A DNA stretch of 64,000 nucleotides from positions 80,828-144,827 of the forward strand of contig CALRBH010000001.1 of the NCBI GenBank assembly GCA_943354165.1. Reading direction: 5' to 3'. The notes under the pieces were generated by a model. It was given only the letters and a program-made list of their open reading frames with translations, was not told where the DNA came from and made no database searches. This DNA is from Candidatus Uhrbacteria bacterium RIFOXYB12_FULL_58_10. GTDB lineage: Bacteria; Patescibacteriota; Patescibacteriia; UBA9934; GWF2-40-263. The position numbers were made by a program, and so were the translations under genes. Position 1 is the stretch's first letter. Each line of letters begins with the position of its first letter. Shown here in pieces: positions 53,836 to 63,515 of this stretch.

Positions 53836-54981
53836 ATGGAATCCAAGAGAAAAGTAAAAGCGATCCTCGTAGACATCATTCACCCCCGAATGCTGCCCGA
53901 ACATGCCCTTGAGCGTATGGGAGAGCTTGAAGAGCTCGTCCGTACGTATGGCGGGATCGTCATCGTGAAAACTTACCAGCGCCGGTTCGAGCCACACCCG
54001 CGTACGTTCATTGGTCCGGGGAAGGTGGCGGACATGATGGAAGAGGGGAAGAAGTTTGGCGTCGAGCTTATTATCGTCAATGACCAGCTCAAGCCTCGGC
54101 AGATGTATAACGTAATGGAGATTCTAAAGGGGAACCCTTCGACAGGCTCAGGGCCTAGCGGGATTCAGTGCTGGGATCGGCTTGATTTAATCCTCAAGAT
54201 TTTCGGGAAGCATGCGAAGACGACGGAAGCCCGCCTCGAAATCGAACTTGCGAGCATTCGGCACATGGGGCCGCGCATTTATGGGATGGGCATGGAGCTT
54301 TCGCGGCAGGGAGGCGGTATCGGCACGTCCGGGATTGGGGAAACCAACACGGAGCGCATGAAGCGGCACTTGCAGGAACAGGAGCTGAAGATCAAGGAAC
54401 GGATCGAACGGTACGAGCGAGTGCGGGGTCAGCATCGACAGAATCGGACTCGCAATGGATTCAAGACAGCGGCAATCGTCGGGTATACCAATGCGGGTAA
54501 GACGACGCTTTTGAACGCCCTCACTGGCAGAAAGGAATACGCGGCGAACGAGTTGTTCGCGACGCTGGATACGCGGGTGGGGGAGTGGTACCTGCCGACG
54601 ATCGGAAAAAGCGTGCTTCTTTCGGATACGATCGGGTTCATCAAGAACCTTCCGCCGGAGCTCATCAAGGCGTTCGCCTCCACGCTTTCCGAAGCGGTGG
54701 AAGCCAATATTCTTCTTCATGCCGTAGACGCCTCCGATGAACATGCCGCGGCGCATATCCGGGTGGTGGAGGAGATTCTTGGCCGTTTAGGGATCATGGG
54801 GAGCCCTCGGATCATCGTATTTACCAAGTCCGAGGATGTGACGAAGGCTGCGAGAAAACGCTTAAAATCGCTTGTGGGCGAACTTCCGTGCGTGTTCGTT
54901 TCCTCGATAACCCGTGAGGGTTTGGAGGCCCTTGGGGAGGAACTCATCCACACCCTCCAGCAGGCCCCCCCGAAGCCGTAG
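53836..54981 (+). CDS. hflX: GTPase HflX
   Basis: HflX N-domain; G1 GYTNAGKTTL, G3 DTIGF; start at MESKRK. Confidence 0.85.
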   Translation: MESKRKVKAILVDIIHPRMLPEHALERMGELEELVRTYGGIVIVKTYQRRFEPHPRTFIGPGKVADMMEEGKKFGVELIIVNDQLKPRQMYNVMEILKGNPSTGSGPSGIQCWDRLDLILKIFGKHAKTTEARLEIELASIRHMGPRIYGMGMELSRQGGGIGTSGIGETNTERMKRHLQEQELKIKERIERYERVRGQHRQNRTRNGFKTAAIVGYTNAGKTTLLNALTGRKEYAANELFATLDTRVGEWYLPTIGKSVLLSDTIGFIKNLPPELIKAFASTLSEAVEANILLHAVDASDEHAAAHIRVVEEILGRLGIMGSPRIIVFTKSEDVTKAARKRLKSLVGELPCVFVSSITREGLEALGEELIHTLQQAPPKP

Positions 54982-55041
54982 CGAAGGAGGGCTTGCCTGT
55001 TCCCAGGCCTTTTGCTATTATCCCGCCGAACTAGACGACCT

Positions 55042-55278
55042 ATGAAGACCTGCATTGTCACGGGCAAAAAGCCCATCTCCGGCTTTCTCGTAAGCCACTC
55101 CAACCGCCATGTGAAGCGCTGGTTGTTTCCAGCCGTCACCAAGCGCACACTTTTGAACCCAGCAACGGGTCGCAAGGTCACGGTGATGATCTCTAACCGA
55201 GGTCTCCGCACCCTGAAGAAGTGGCAGCGTGAAGGGAAGGTGTACAACCTTTCGACCATGGGATCAGAGCTTTGCTAA
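55042..55278 (+). CDS. rpmB: 50S ribosomal protein L28
   Basis: MKTCIVTGKKPISGFLVSHSNRHVKRW... Confidence 0.88.
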   Translation: MKTCIVTGKKPISGFLVSHSNRHVKRWLFPAVTKRTLLNPATGRKVTVMISNRGLRTLKKWQREGKVYNLSTMGSELC

Positions 55279-55285
55279 ACATCAT

Positions 55286-55314
55286 CTCCGCCCCTCGGGC
55301 GGAGTTTTGTTTTG
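55286..55314 (+). terminator. rho-independent terminator after rpmB
   Basis: CTCCGCCC-ctc-GGGCGGAG then TTTTGTTTTG. Confidence 0.75.
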
Positions 55315-55351
55315 TGGTAAAATGAATCACCGATAATTTTCATTTTTCGCT

Positions 55352-55753
55352 ATGGCTGACCTGAACCGTCTCCAAGAAATTCACAACGAGATGCACGGGA
55401 AGAAGCATCGCCGGAAAGAGCTTGCCCAGACGTTCAAGGATGAACTCGCCCAGCATGCTCGCTATCAGGAGCTTCTGGAGGAAATGGAGACCTTAAAGAT
55501 TGAAAAGAGTTCCATCGAAAATCTCGTTCGCGAAACCGCCCCTAAGGATGCCGCTGAGCTCGAAGATCTCAAGGTGGAGATCAAGGCCGATGAAGAACTG
55601 CTCTCCGACCTCGCCATGACGCTCATCATGCAAAACGAAATTGTTGAACTCGTGGATGAGCAGTTGAACCGATATGTCGCCCACATGCTCGTGAAGTTTA
55701 AGAAGGATGGCATGGTGGATACGGACAAGCAAAAAAAATCTACCGAAGCGTGA
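55352..55753 (+). CDS. hypothetical coiled-coil protein
   Basis: 133 aa, charged heptad-rich, no recognisable domain. Confidence 0.45.
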   Translation: MADLNRLQEIHNEMHGKKHRRKELAQTFKDELAQHARYQELLEEMETLKIEKSSIENLVRETAPKDAAELEDLKVEIKADEELLSDLAMTLIMQNEIVELVDEQLNRYVAHMLVKFKKDGMVDTDKQKKSTEA

Positions 55754-55768
55754 TATACTCATTGAAGT

Positions 55769-56509
55769 ATGGCCAAAGGGGGAAAGAACAAGAAACAACC
55801 ATTCGACATGCACGGTCGTGTTTGTCGTATTCCGCTTCCCCCTGACGAAGCAGTACAGACGGCGGTCCCTGCGCAGATGAACGAGATCACTTGGCGCATT
55901 TTCCGCATCATGGCGGAGTTTGTGGAAGGATTTCAGTTCCTTTCCCAGTTTAACCGCGAAGTCAGCATCTTCGGTTCTGCGCGGTTGAAAGAGGATCACA
56001 AGTGGTACCAGGAAGCGCGTAGGCTCGGGCAGCTGCTTGCCGAATGCGGATTCACTACCATTACTGGTGGCGGCCCTGGGATCATGGAAGCGGCCAATCG
56101 CGGCGCGATGGAGCGCGAGGGCATTTCCGTTGGCATCAACATCCAGCTTCCTCTTGAGCAGCGCATCAACCCCTATGTGAACAAGGGGAGGGGTTTCCAT
56201 TATTTTTTTACGCGTAAAATCATGCTTGCGGCTTCCGCCCAGGCGTATGTCTTTTTCCCGGGCGGGTTCGGGACGCTCGATGAAATGTTTGAAATGATCA
56301 CGCTCATCCAGACGGGGAAGTCCATCAGGATTCCCATCGTGCTTGTCGGGAAATCCTTTTGGCGGCCCTTGTTCGACTGGGTGGACGCCCAGATGATTCC
56401 GCACAAGCTCATCGCACCGGAAGACCGCGCCATCTACCGCATCGTCGATACGGCGGAGGAGGCGTTCGACATCATTCAGGACGAATCCAGGGAACGGAGT
56501 TTCTTTTGA
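55769..56509 (+). CDS. LOG family protein (TIGR00730; cytokinin riboside 5'-monophosphate phosphoribohydrolase-like)
   Basis: VSIFGSARL, GGGPGIMEAANRGA, PGGFGTLDEMFEMITLIQTGK motifs. Confidence 0.85.
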   Translation: MAKGGKNKKQPFDMHGRVCRIPLPPDEAVQTAVPAQMNEITWRIFRIMAEFVEGFQFLSQFNREVSIFGSARLKEDHKWYQEARRLGQLLAECGFTTITGGGPGIMEAANRGAMEREGISVGINIQLPLEQRINPYVNKGRGFHYFFTRKIMLAASAQAYVFFPGGFGTLDEMFEMITLIQTGKSIRIPIVLVGKSFWRPLFDWVDAQMIPHKLIAPEDRAIYRIVDTAEEAFDIIQDESRERSFF

Positions 56510-56510
56510 T

Positions 56511-57896
56511 ATGGCCAAGCATCATCACAACAGCAGCATACCCGAAGCGTGGGTCATTGACGTTGATATGGGCTACGGCCACAGCCGTGCGGCGTTTGCG
56601 CTGCGCGACCTGTGCGGGGGATCGGTGATCACCGCCAACGCCTATAAGGGAATCCCCGACCTCGACCGCCGCCTCTGGAAGCTCACCCGCCAGGCATATG
56701 AGTTCGTGTCCAGGCTCAAGCCTATTCCGCTCATCGGAGATGCGGCGTTCGAGATCATGGACCGCATGCAGAGGATCCCAAACTTCTACCCAAGGCGCGA
56801 CCTGTCGAAGCCGAGTCTTCAAGTACGTCAAACCTATACGTTACTCAAGCGCGGGCTGTGCAAGCACCTGATCGCCGCACTCGGCAAAAAACCCCTCGGC
56901 CGTAGCTCGTATAAGCCTATTGGCGAGGCGCTTCCACTCGTTTCCACCTTTCCCATTCCTGCGCTCGCCGCCGAATATTTCAACTATCCAGGCGAGATCT
57001 ACTGCGTGACCACGGATACGGACGTGAACCGGGCCTGGGTCCCGCTTGATCCCAAGCGGAGCCGCATCAAGTACTTCGCCTCGTCCGGGCGCGTGGTGGA
57101 GCGGCTGAAATTATACGGCGTAAAGGAGAGCCACATCTTCCTTACGGGGTTTCCTATGCCCAAGGAACTCATTGGCGGGCCGAACGCCAAGCCTCTCAAG
57201 GAACTTCTTGCCGCCCGGTTGTGCAACCTCGATCCAAAGGGGATTTTTCATGAGCGTTACTCAAAAGCGCTCCATCAGGAGCTTGGAACGGAGCTTTGCC
57301 GGATGACCAAGGCGGCACACCCCCTCACCCTCACGTATTCCGTGGGCGGGGCCGGGGCGCAGCGCCAGCTCGGGGTGGACATCATGAAAAGCCTTCGTAC
57401 GCACATCACACGGCGCAACATCCGTGTGAACTTAGTGGCCGGTGTGCGACATGACGTAGCGAAGTTTTATCAGGAGGCGGCCATAGATCTTGGGCTGCGC
57501 AAGCACCTTGGTAAAGGGCTCGTGATCCCCACGTTCGAATCGCGCCTCGGGTATTTCGAAGGGTTCACGAAGATCTTGGAGACGACGGACATCCTCTGGA
57601 CGAAGCCGAGCGAGCTCTCGTTCTATACCGGTCTCGGACTTCCCATCATTATGGCACCTACCATCGGCAGCCAGGAGGATTTTAATAGGCTCTGGCTGCA
57701 GTACGTGGGAGGAGGGGCCATGCAGTTTGAGACCCCGCACGTGAACGAATGGCTGTTCGACTGGATCGATTCCGGCTCCCTCGCACGCCTCGCCTGGAAC
57801 GGCTATGTGCAGGCGCCCACGCATGGCACGTACCGAATTGAGGATACGGTCCTCGGCCGGCCGAGTGAGCTGGAGGAATTGCCGCTCATCGTATGA
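56511..57896 (+). CDS. putative GT-B glycosyltransferase resembling MGDG-synthase / diacylglycerol glycosyltransferase (GT28-like)
   Basis: N-terminal VIDVDMGYGHSRAAFAL resembles the MGDG-synthase G-G-G-H-R-A-S motif; otherwise unassigned. Confidence 0.4.
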   Translation: MAKHHHNSSIPEAWVIDVDMGYGHSRAAFALRDLCGGSVITANAYKGIPDLDRRLWKLTRQAYEFVSRLKPIPLIGDAAFEIMDRMQRIPNFYPRRDLSKPSLQVRQTYTLLKRGLCKHLIAALGKKPLGRSSYKPIGEALPLVSTFPIPALAAEYFNYPGEIYCVTTDTDVNRAWVPLDPKRSRIKYFASSGRVVERLKLYGVKESHIFLTGFPMPKELIGGPNAKPLKELLAARLCNLDPKGIFHERYSKALHQELGTELCRMTKAAHPLTLTYSVGGAGAQRQLGVDIMKSLRTHITRRNIRVNLVAGVRHDVAKFYQEAAIDLGLRKHLGKGLVIPTFESRLGYFEGFTKILETTDILWTKPSELSFYTGLGLPIIMAPTIGSQEDFNRLWLQYVGGGAMQFETPHVNEWLFDWIDSGSLARLAWNGYVQAPTHGTYRIEDTVLGRPSELEELPLIV

Positions 57897-60655
57897 AGCG
57901 ATCCCCGTTGAGTGTCATTGTCTTTATTCTCATTGCCCTTGGCGTCGGTGTCTGGTGGGTGTATTTGCAGTTCCTCGTCGTTCACACCCTCCCCATCAAT
58001 TTCCTCTTTAATGCGGCGTATGCCGTCCCGTTCTTTGTGGCTGGGGGCATCATGTTGCGTTCCGTCTGGGGCTGGCGGCACAAACATGTTCCTGAATCCC
58101 CTATCATCCTCCTCATTCTTCTTTCCCTGGTGTTTTATGGCTTTGCGCAGCTTGCGTGGACCTATAATAATTTTACCTTTGGGGTTGAGGTCCCGGAATT
58201 TTCCCTCGCCGATGTTTTCTATATCTCTTCTGTCCTGCTGCAATTGATGGGTGCCGGGAGTCTTCTTGTCCATCAGGTTCGTAAGCAGCCAAGTAAACTC
58301 GCTGCGACAGGCTTCTACATATTTATCGCCGTCCTTGCGAGTTTTGCAAGCGCCTATGGCCTGTTTTCTGTCCTGAAAGGCCTTCAGAACAGCCGTGTCA
58401 TAACGCTTGAGTCGTTTTACACCACCGTATCTTTTTTCACGATCTTTGCCACCATTTTCGCCATCAATCGTGACAAGCACGGGGAAATGCGCCCGTTCCT
58501 TTACCTGTTTTTCGTCTCAGCGGTGGCTCATGCAGGAGCGGATTTCTTTTTCGCTTTGCGTGCGAGATCTGAGCTGTACTGGAATGGAGATTTCGTAGAC
58601 GGCATGTATGCGATGTCCGCTCTTTTTGTGTATTATGCGGCGCTTTGCCTCCCAGCATCACTCGACCATAGTGCCAAGGAGGAATACACCAAAGACCGAT
58701 GGGGAAGTTTTCTCCTTCCGATTGCGATCCTGCTCGTAGGCTTGCTTGCCGCCGTACAGGTTGGAGATTTCTTGTTTGTGGATAGACAACATCAACTCCA
58801 AAATGATGCGGACATGGCTGTGGAGCGCTATGTGGAAATCGTGCAGAAAAACATGCAAGTTCATATCGCATCGGTTCTTGCGGTAGCAGGATTTATTGAG
58901 GGAGATGAACAGATTACGGAAGAAGAATTCAAGAAAATTATTCAGGTACTGCATATCGATGAAACGCTTCCGGATCTCCGTCTTTATTTTGTCGGCCTTG
59001 ATCATCGTGTGGTATTTTCCGAAAAGCCATCGATCATAGGTTTGGACGTTTTCTCAGATCCGCAGTGGCAACTGATTCTGGAGGAAACGATCGCTTCCAC
59101 CAAACTCGTCATCTCCAAGCCGGTACCTCTCGTCTCAAGGGTTCCCGGCATTCTGCTCATGAAATCCGTCTATAAAGACGGGGTGTACGTAGGAACAGTC
59201 GTGGGGACCGTGAGATTGTCAGAGCTCATGACGGCGCTTCATGCTTTTTCTGAGCAAGAACAGCTCGATATTCAACTACTGCTTTCGGAGTCCATTGTGT
59301 CTTCGGACGGACTTGCGGTGTTCAATCTCGCATTTGACCCGATTTTTTTGGATCCATCTCTCATTGAGAAGAGGGTGTTCGTTCCGTTTCATCCACAAGC
59401 CATCATGGGCCGTGCCGTGTTCCTGGTAGGTACGGATGAATGGCAGTTGGATGTCGGTATCCGTCAGGATCGGCAAAATTCTGCTTATACAATAGCGATC
59501 TCTGTGTTTCTTGGGGTGTTCACGTTGATATTTGCGCTCGCGATGGTGGTGTATTTACTCACCTCTCAGCGTGTGCGCCTGCGCGAGCAGTTGGAGATGA
59601 AAACGCGCTCCCTAAAGAAATCCATTTCCGACCTTTCTGAAAAGAAGTCTTACCTCGATAGCGTAAGCGATGCGGTCGTTGTGCGTGCTGGATCCGCAGT
59701 TCTCTATAAAAACGCCGCCGCCGTGCGCCTGTTCGGAACGGAGAACGGACACAAGGAATGGCCTTACAACACGATAAATATCGACAGAGATGAGGTGCAC
59801 GAATCTTTGGTGCAGAAGCATGTGTTCGAAGGGGAGGGTCAGACGGGCAAGAAGGACCTTTCACGTGATGTCCTTGTGTCCGTTCGGATGCTTGCGGAAG
59901 ATGGGCGTCGTGGAACGGAACTTTTGTTGGCGCGAGACATTACGGATCGAAAAAACATCGAGCGGGCAAAGACGCAGTTCGTTTCGCTTGTCGCCCATCA
60001 GTTGCGCACTCCGATGACCCAGCTGCGATGGATGGTGGAAACCATGGAAGGATCGAAACGCCTGTCGGCGCACACACGTGAGACCCTTGAGGATATGCAC
60101 GCAATTATCCTAAAAGAGAATCAATTCGTGGGCGACCTATTGAATGTTTCGCGTATTGAACGCGGAGTACTCAAGCTTAATACGGGAAACGTTGGCGTCG
60201 AAGACCTCCTCAAAAAGACGGTGTCCCCGCTCCTTCCCCTAGTTAAGGAGCGGAAGATTTATATAATCATTGAGGATATTCCACGCACAGCTCGCATTCA
60301 TGTCGATGAAGAGAAGACGATCGAGGCGCTCAGGAATCTGGTGGATAATGCTGTGAAGTATGCGCCGGTCGGTTCCACGGTTACGTTGGATGCCGTACGG
60401 AACAGGGATGCCTGGGAAGTGCGCGTCACGGATCAGGGTGCAGGCATTCCGGATGAATTGCAGTCGCGGCTCTTCGATATTAAAACCAGCATCTCCGTCT
60501 CATCGAATCAAAATGCGTCCAGTACCGGCCTTGGGCTGTACCTTACGAAAAAGTTTATTGAAGGCATGGGAGGCACCATCAGGTTTGAGACCTCTTCCAA
60601 AGGGACAACGTTCTTCGTGCAGCTTCCATCCGCCTCTAAAGAATCCGCCGCCTAG
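57893..60655 (+). CDS. large sensor histidine kinase: polytopic N-terminal membrane domain, extracytoplasmic sensor, PAS-like, HisKA, HATPase_c; no cognate regulator nearby
   Basis: H-box LVAHQLRTPMTQL; G-box GLGLYLTKKFIEGMGGTIRF. Confidence 0.8.
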   Translation: MKRSPLSVIVFILIALGVGVWWVYLQFLVVHTLPINFLFNAAYAVPFFVAGGIMLRSVWGWRHKHVPESPIILLILLSLVFYGFAQLAWTYNNFTFGVEVPEFSLADVFYISSVLLQLMGAGSLLVHQVRKQPSKLAATGFYIFIAVLASFASAYGLFSVLKGLQNSRVITLESFYTTVSFFTIFATIFAINRDKHGEMRPFLYLFFVSAVAHAGADFFFALRARSELYWNGDFVDGMYAMSALFVYYAALCLPASLDHSAKEEYTKDRWGSFLLPIAILLVGLLAAVQVGDFLFVDRQHQLQNDADMAVERYVEIVQKNMQVHIASVLAVAGFIEGDEQITEEEFKKIIQVLHIDETLPDLRLYFVGLDHRVVFSEKPSIIGLDVFSDPQWQLILEETIASTKLVISKPVPLVSRVPGILLMKSVYKDGVYVGTVVGTVRLSELMTALHAFSEQEQLDIQLLLSESIVSSDGLAVFNLAFDPIFLDPSLIEKRVFVPFHPQAIMGRAVFLVGTDEWQLDVGIRQDRQNSAYTIAISVFLGVFTLIFALAMVVYLLTSQRVRLREQLEMKTRSLKKSISDLSEKKSYLDSVSDAVVVRAGSAVLYKNAAAVRLFGTENGHKEWPYNTINIDRDEVHESLVQKHVFEGEGQTGKKDLSRDVLVSVRMLAEDGRRGTELLLARDITDRKNIERAKTQFVSLVAHQLRTPMTQLRWMVETMEGSKRLSAHTRETLEDMHAIILKENQFVGDLLNVSRIERGVLKLNTGNVGVEDLLKKTVSPLLPLVKERKIYIIIEDIPRTARIHVDEEKTIEALRNLVDNAVKYAPVGSTVTLDAVRNRDAWEVRVTDQGAGIPDELQSRLFDIKTSISVSSNQNASSTGLGLYLTKKFIEGMGGTIRFETSSKGTTFFVQLPSASKESAA

Positions 60656-60696
60656 GCTTGTCCTTCCGGCTCCCGCGCGTTATCCTCCTAGACGTT

Positions 60697-60867
60697 ATGG
60701 AAGATCAAAATACGGCCTATTGTCCCTCTTGTCGTGAAGACCGCGTACTGCTTGACGCGGAGCCTGTGCGCATCCCTTCCGGAAGTGGCACGCAGGAAGC
60801 TCTGAAGGGAACCTGTGCCGTCTGCGGCGTAGCCATCATCTCTATTACTTCGAAGGAAACGCGTTGA
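60697..60867 (+). CDS. small zinc-ribbon protein
   Basis: CPSC...(29 aa)...CAVC pairs; 56 aa. Confidence 0.4.
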   Translation: MEDQNTAYCPSCREDRVLLDAEPVRIPSGSGTQEALKGTCAVCGVAIISITSKETR

Positions 60868-60868
60868 T

Positions 60869-62437
60869 ATGGCTACATCCATTAAAGTGTTGCTGGAAGC
60901 CGTGGAGCACGAGCGCGCCCTGCACGGGGCCGCCACCTCTGGAGAGGTGATCATGGTGAGCGACACCGTATCCGCTGCGGCAAGCGTGTACGAATCGCTG
61001 CGGAATACCCTTGAATACGATGAAGAACATTTACTCAGGCGCAATGCGATCCGACGCATCCTCAAGCGCCGTATCGGCGAGGAGTCGGCAGAGGCGTTTT
61101 CCATCGATCTGTTGCGCGAGCTCATTTGGGCGCGGTATCTCCCAAATGGGAAGGTTCCTGAAATGATGGTGGCCACGGTCGCCGGCATCCTTGCAAAATA
61201 CCGCGTGCTGTTTGATACAGCCGAAGGAGCCGGCAACGACATGGAAGAGTGGCTGCTCGACGTAGTTTCCGCCGAGGTTGAATATGCGCTCTCTCCACCC
61301 TATGGAGACGAAGCACTTGCAAACCTCGCCTATGAGGAACTGCGCAGCCGCATCCAGTGGGCGTCTACGGTAGTTGCTGAACAGGACCGCGACCTGCAGC
61401 TATATATCGCCGTTCACCGAGCGGCCCTGAAGTCGAACCTCGCGACGTTGCGTTTCCGCACGCTCTGCCTATTTTTCCCAGACTGGTCGAAAGCGCACAA
61501 GGACAGTTCTGTGGTTTCGGAACTCTCCGCGGCCCTTCCGGACGTCATCCAGACCATCGAGCGACACATGCAGCATCCGGCCTCGGACCAAATGTTCCGG
61601 CTGGTGCGCAAGTATATTTTCGCCTTCCAACTTCTGCATGATGTCGCCCGGGACCACCCGGAAGATCTGTCAGCTGCGTTGAACGGTGATACGGCGGGGC
61701 TCGACGCTTCGCTCAAGAAGGCGGCGTCTTCCCGTTACCGCAAATTTCATGCCCGATTGCGCCGCGGCGTGGTGCGTGCAGTGCTGTTCCTGTTGTGCAC
61801 CAAATCCATCCTCGCGCTCCTGATCGAGCTTCCGTATGAACGATTTGTGCTCGGTGAGTCCGCGTGGACTCCGCTTCTCGTCAACATTACGTTCCATCCG
61901 TTCCTTCTCGGATTCATCGGTCTCACGGTGACGATTCCGGAAAAGAAAAATACGGCACGTGTTCTTGAACTTGCTCACGCGCTCCTCGGCCAGGGCAATG
62001 ATTTCACCGTCACGTTCAAAGCCAAGCGCACCTGGGGCCGCGGCACCCTCGCGCTCGTGTTCCGCCTGCTGTACGCCGCGTTCTTCCTGTTTACCATCGG
62101 CGTCATCGCGACGTTCCTCACGGCGTTGCACTTCAATCCGCTTTCCATCGCGTTCTTCATCTTTTTCCTCGCGCTCGTGACCTTCTTCGGGTTGAAAATC
62201 CGGAGTAGTCGTAAGGAGCTCCTGGTCATTGAGACAGGTGGCGGGTTCTTCGGAACCATCTCCGACGTCCTATTTCTTCCGCTCATCCGCGCCGGACGCT
62301 GGATTGCCATGCGCGCGCCACGCGTGAACATCTTCCTGTTCTTCCTCGACTACATCATTGAGGCGCCGTTCAAGAGCGCGATCCGTCTGATCGAAGGCTG
62401 GCTCTCTTATCTACGCGAAAAGCGTGAAGAAATATAA
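60869..62437 (+). CDS. hypothetical protein with soluble N-terminal helical domain and 4-5 C-terminal TM helices
   Basis: 522 aa; no motif recognised. Confidence 0.5.
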   Translation: MATSIKVLLEAVEHERALHGAATSGEVIMVSDTVSAAASVYESLRNTLEYDEEHLLRRNAIRRILKRRIGEESAEAFSIDLLRELIWARYLPNGKVPEMMVATVAGILAKYRVLFDTAEGAGNDMEEWLLDVVSAEVEYALSPPYGDEALANLAYEELRSRIQWASTVVAEQDRDLQLYIAVHRAALKSNLATLRFRTLCLFFPDWSKAHKDSSVVSELSAALPDVIQTIERHMQHPASDQMFRLVRKYIFAFQLLHDVARDHPEDLSAALNGDTAGLDASLKKAASSRYRKFHARLRRGVVRAVLFLLCTKSILALLIELPYERFVLGESAWTPLLVNITFHPFLLGFIGLTVTIPEKKNTARVLELAHALLGQGNDFTVTFKAKRTWGRGTLALVFRLLYAAFFLFTIGVIATFLTALHFNPLSIAFFIFFLALVTFFGLKIRSSRKELLVIETGGGFFGTISDVLFLPLIRAGRWIAMRAPRVNIFLFFLDYIIEAPFKSAIRLIEGWLSYLREKREEI

Positions 62438-62439
62438 CT

Positions 62440-63399
62440 ATGAAGCTCTCGCCTATTGCGATCTTGGTTGCAATTTGCGTGAGCCTCGCCGCTCTTGCGG
62501 TTTGGGCCATGCCTCAAGTGGAGCCGCGCTGGGGCGTGACGTTTTCCACCAAGTATTCTCGCGAGCTCGGGTTGAATCCGGAAACCGTGTTTTGGGAGGT
62601 GGTGAACGACCTGAACGTCCGTGCAATCCGGTTGCCCGTGTATTGGGATGAGGTGAATCCACAATTCGACGTTTGGAATTGGCAGCCGTACGACCATCTG
62701 GTTGAAATGGCCGATGAGAAGGGGGTCGCCCTCACGCTTGCGGTGGGAATGAAGACGCCGCGCTGGCCGGAATGCCATGTTCCAGAATGGGCCGCCTCCA
62801 TTTCCTCCATCGATTCATTCGACAAGCAGCGATCCGCCTACATCGATGCGGTTATTAAACGATACGACGGACACGTCTCCGTGGAGCGGTATCAGATCGA
62901 GAATGAGCCGTTGTTTCCGTTTGGTGAGTGTCCGGGTTCCAGCATCGAGCGGCTGGAAGAAGAAGTGCATCGTGCGAGGCTTGTGACGACGAAGCCAATA
63001 CAAATCACGGCGAGCGGAGAATTCGAGCTCTGGAGCCGTGTGGCCCCTCTTGTCGATGTCCTTGGCGTTTCCCTTTATCGCATTTCCTGGAACGATGCAT
63101 ACGGTTTTTTTCGCTATCCCATTCCCGCCGCGTATTACCGATTACGGGCTATGGGTATCCAGCGTCCGGTTATTATTTCCGAGCTTCAGGCCGAGCCGTG
63201 GTTTCCCGTCTCCATTGAGAGTCACCCCGCCTCTTATTGGGCGCAGCTGTTCACGTCCAATGATTTCCGCGACCAGGTCCGCTTTGCCCGCCGGACCGGA
63301 TTGTCCGAAGCGTATCTTTGGGGGGTGGAGTGGTGGTACTATTTGCGTGCTCACGGATATCCAGAGCTTTGGGACGCTGCGCGTCCTCTTTGGCGGTAA
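62440..63399 (+). CDS. secreted TIM-barrel glycoside hydrolase (GH5/GH113/PslG-like)
   Basis: Signal/TM anchor; conserved ENEP (acid/base) and SELQAEPW (nucleophile) typical of clan GH-A. Confidence 0.55.
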   Translation: MKLSPIAILVAICVSLAALAVWAMPQVEPRWGVTFSTKYSRELGLNPETVFWEVVNDLNVRAIRLPVYWDEVNPQFDVWNWQPYDHLVEMADEKGVALTLAVGMKTPRWPECHVPEWAASISSIDSFDKQRSAYIDAVIKRYDGHVSVERYQIENEPLFPFGECPGSSIERLEEEVHRARLVTTKPIQITASGEFELWSRVAPLVDVLGVSLYRISWNDAYGFFRYPIPAAYYRLRAMGIQRPVIISELQAEPWFPVSIESHPASYWAQLFTSNDFRDQVRFARRTGLSEAYLWGVEWWYYLRAHGYPELWDAARPLWR

Positions 63400-63500
63400 G
63401 GGCGGTTAGGGTTGTAAGGGGAGTAAGGGATTTTCCTTTCGCTCTATTCGTTCTGTCGCCCTTACCGTCCATTACCACCCTTACAACCCTTACCACCCAA
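63395..63500. repeat. inverted repeat of GGTAAGGG/CCCTTACC units (G-quadruplex-capable left arm) between the GH gene stop and the next gene
   Basis: GGTAAGGGCGGTTAGGGTTGTAAGGGGAGTAAGGG ... CCCTTACCGTCCATTACCACCCTTACAACCCTTACCACCCAAC; shares CCCTTACCACCCAAC with 30391..30405. Confidence 0.55.
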
Positions 63501-63515
63501 CGATCCCACGAATCT

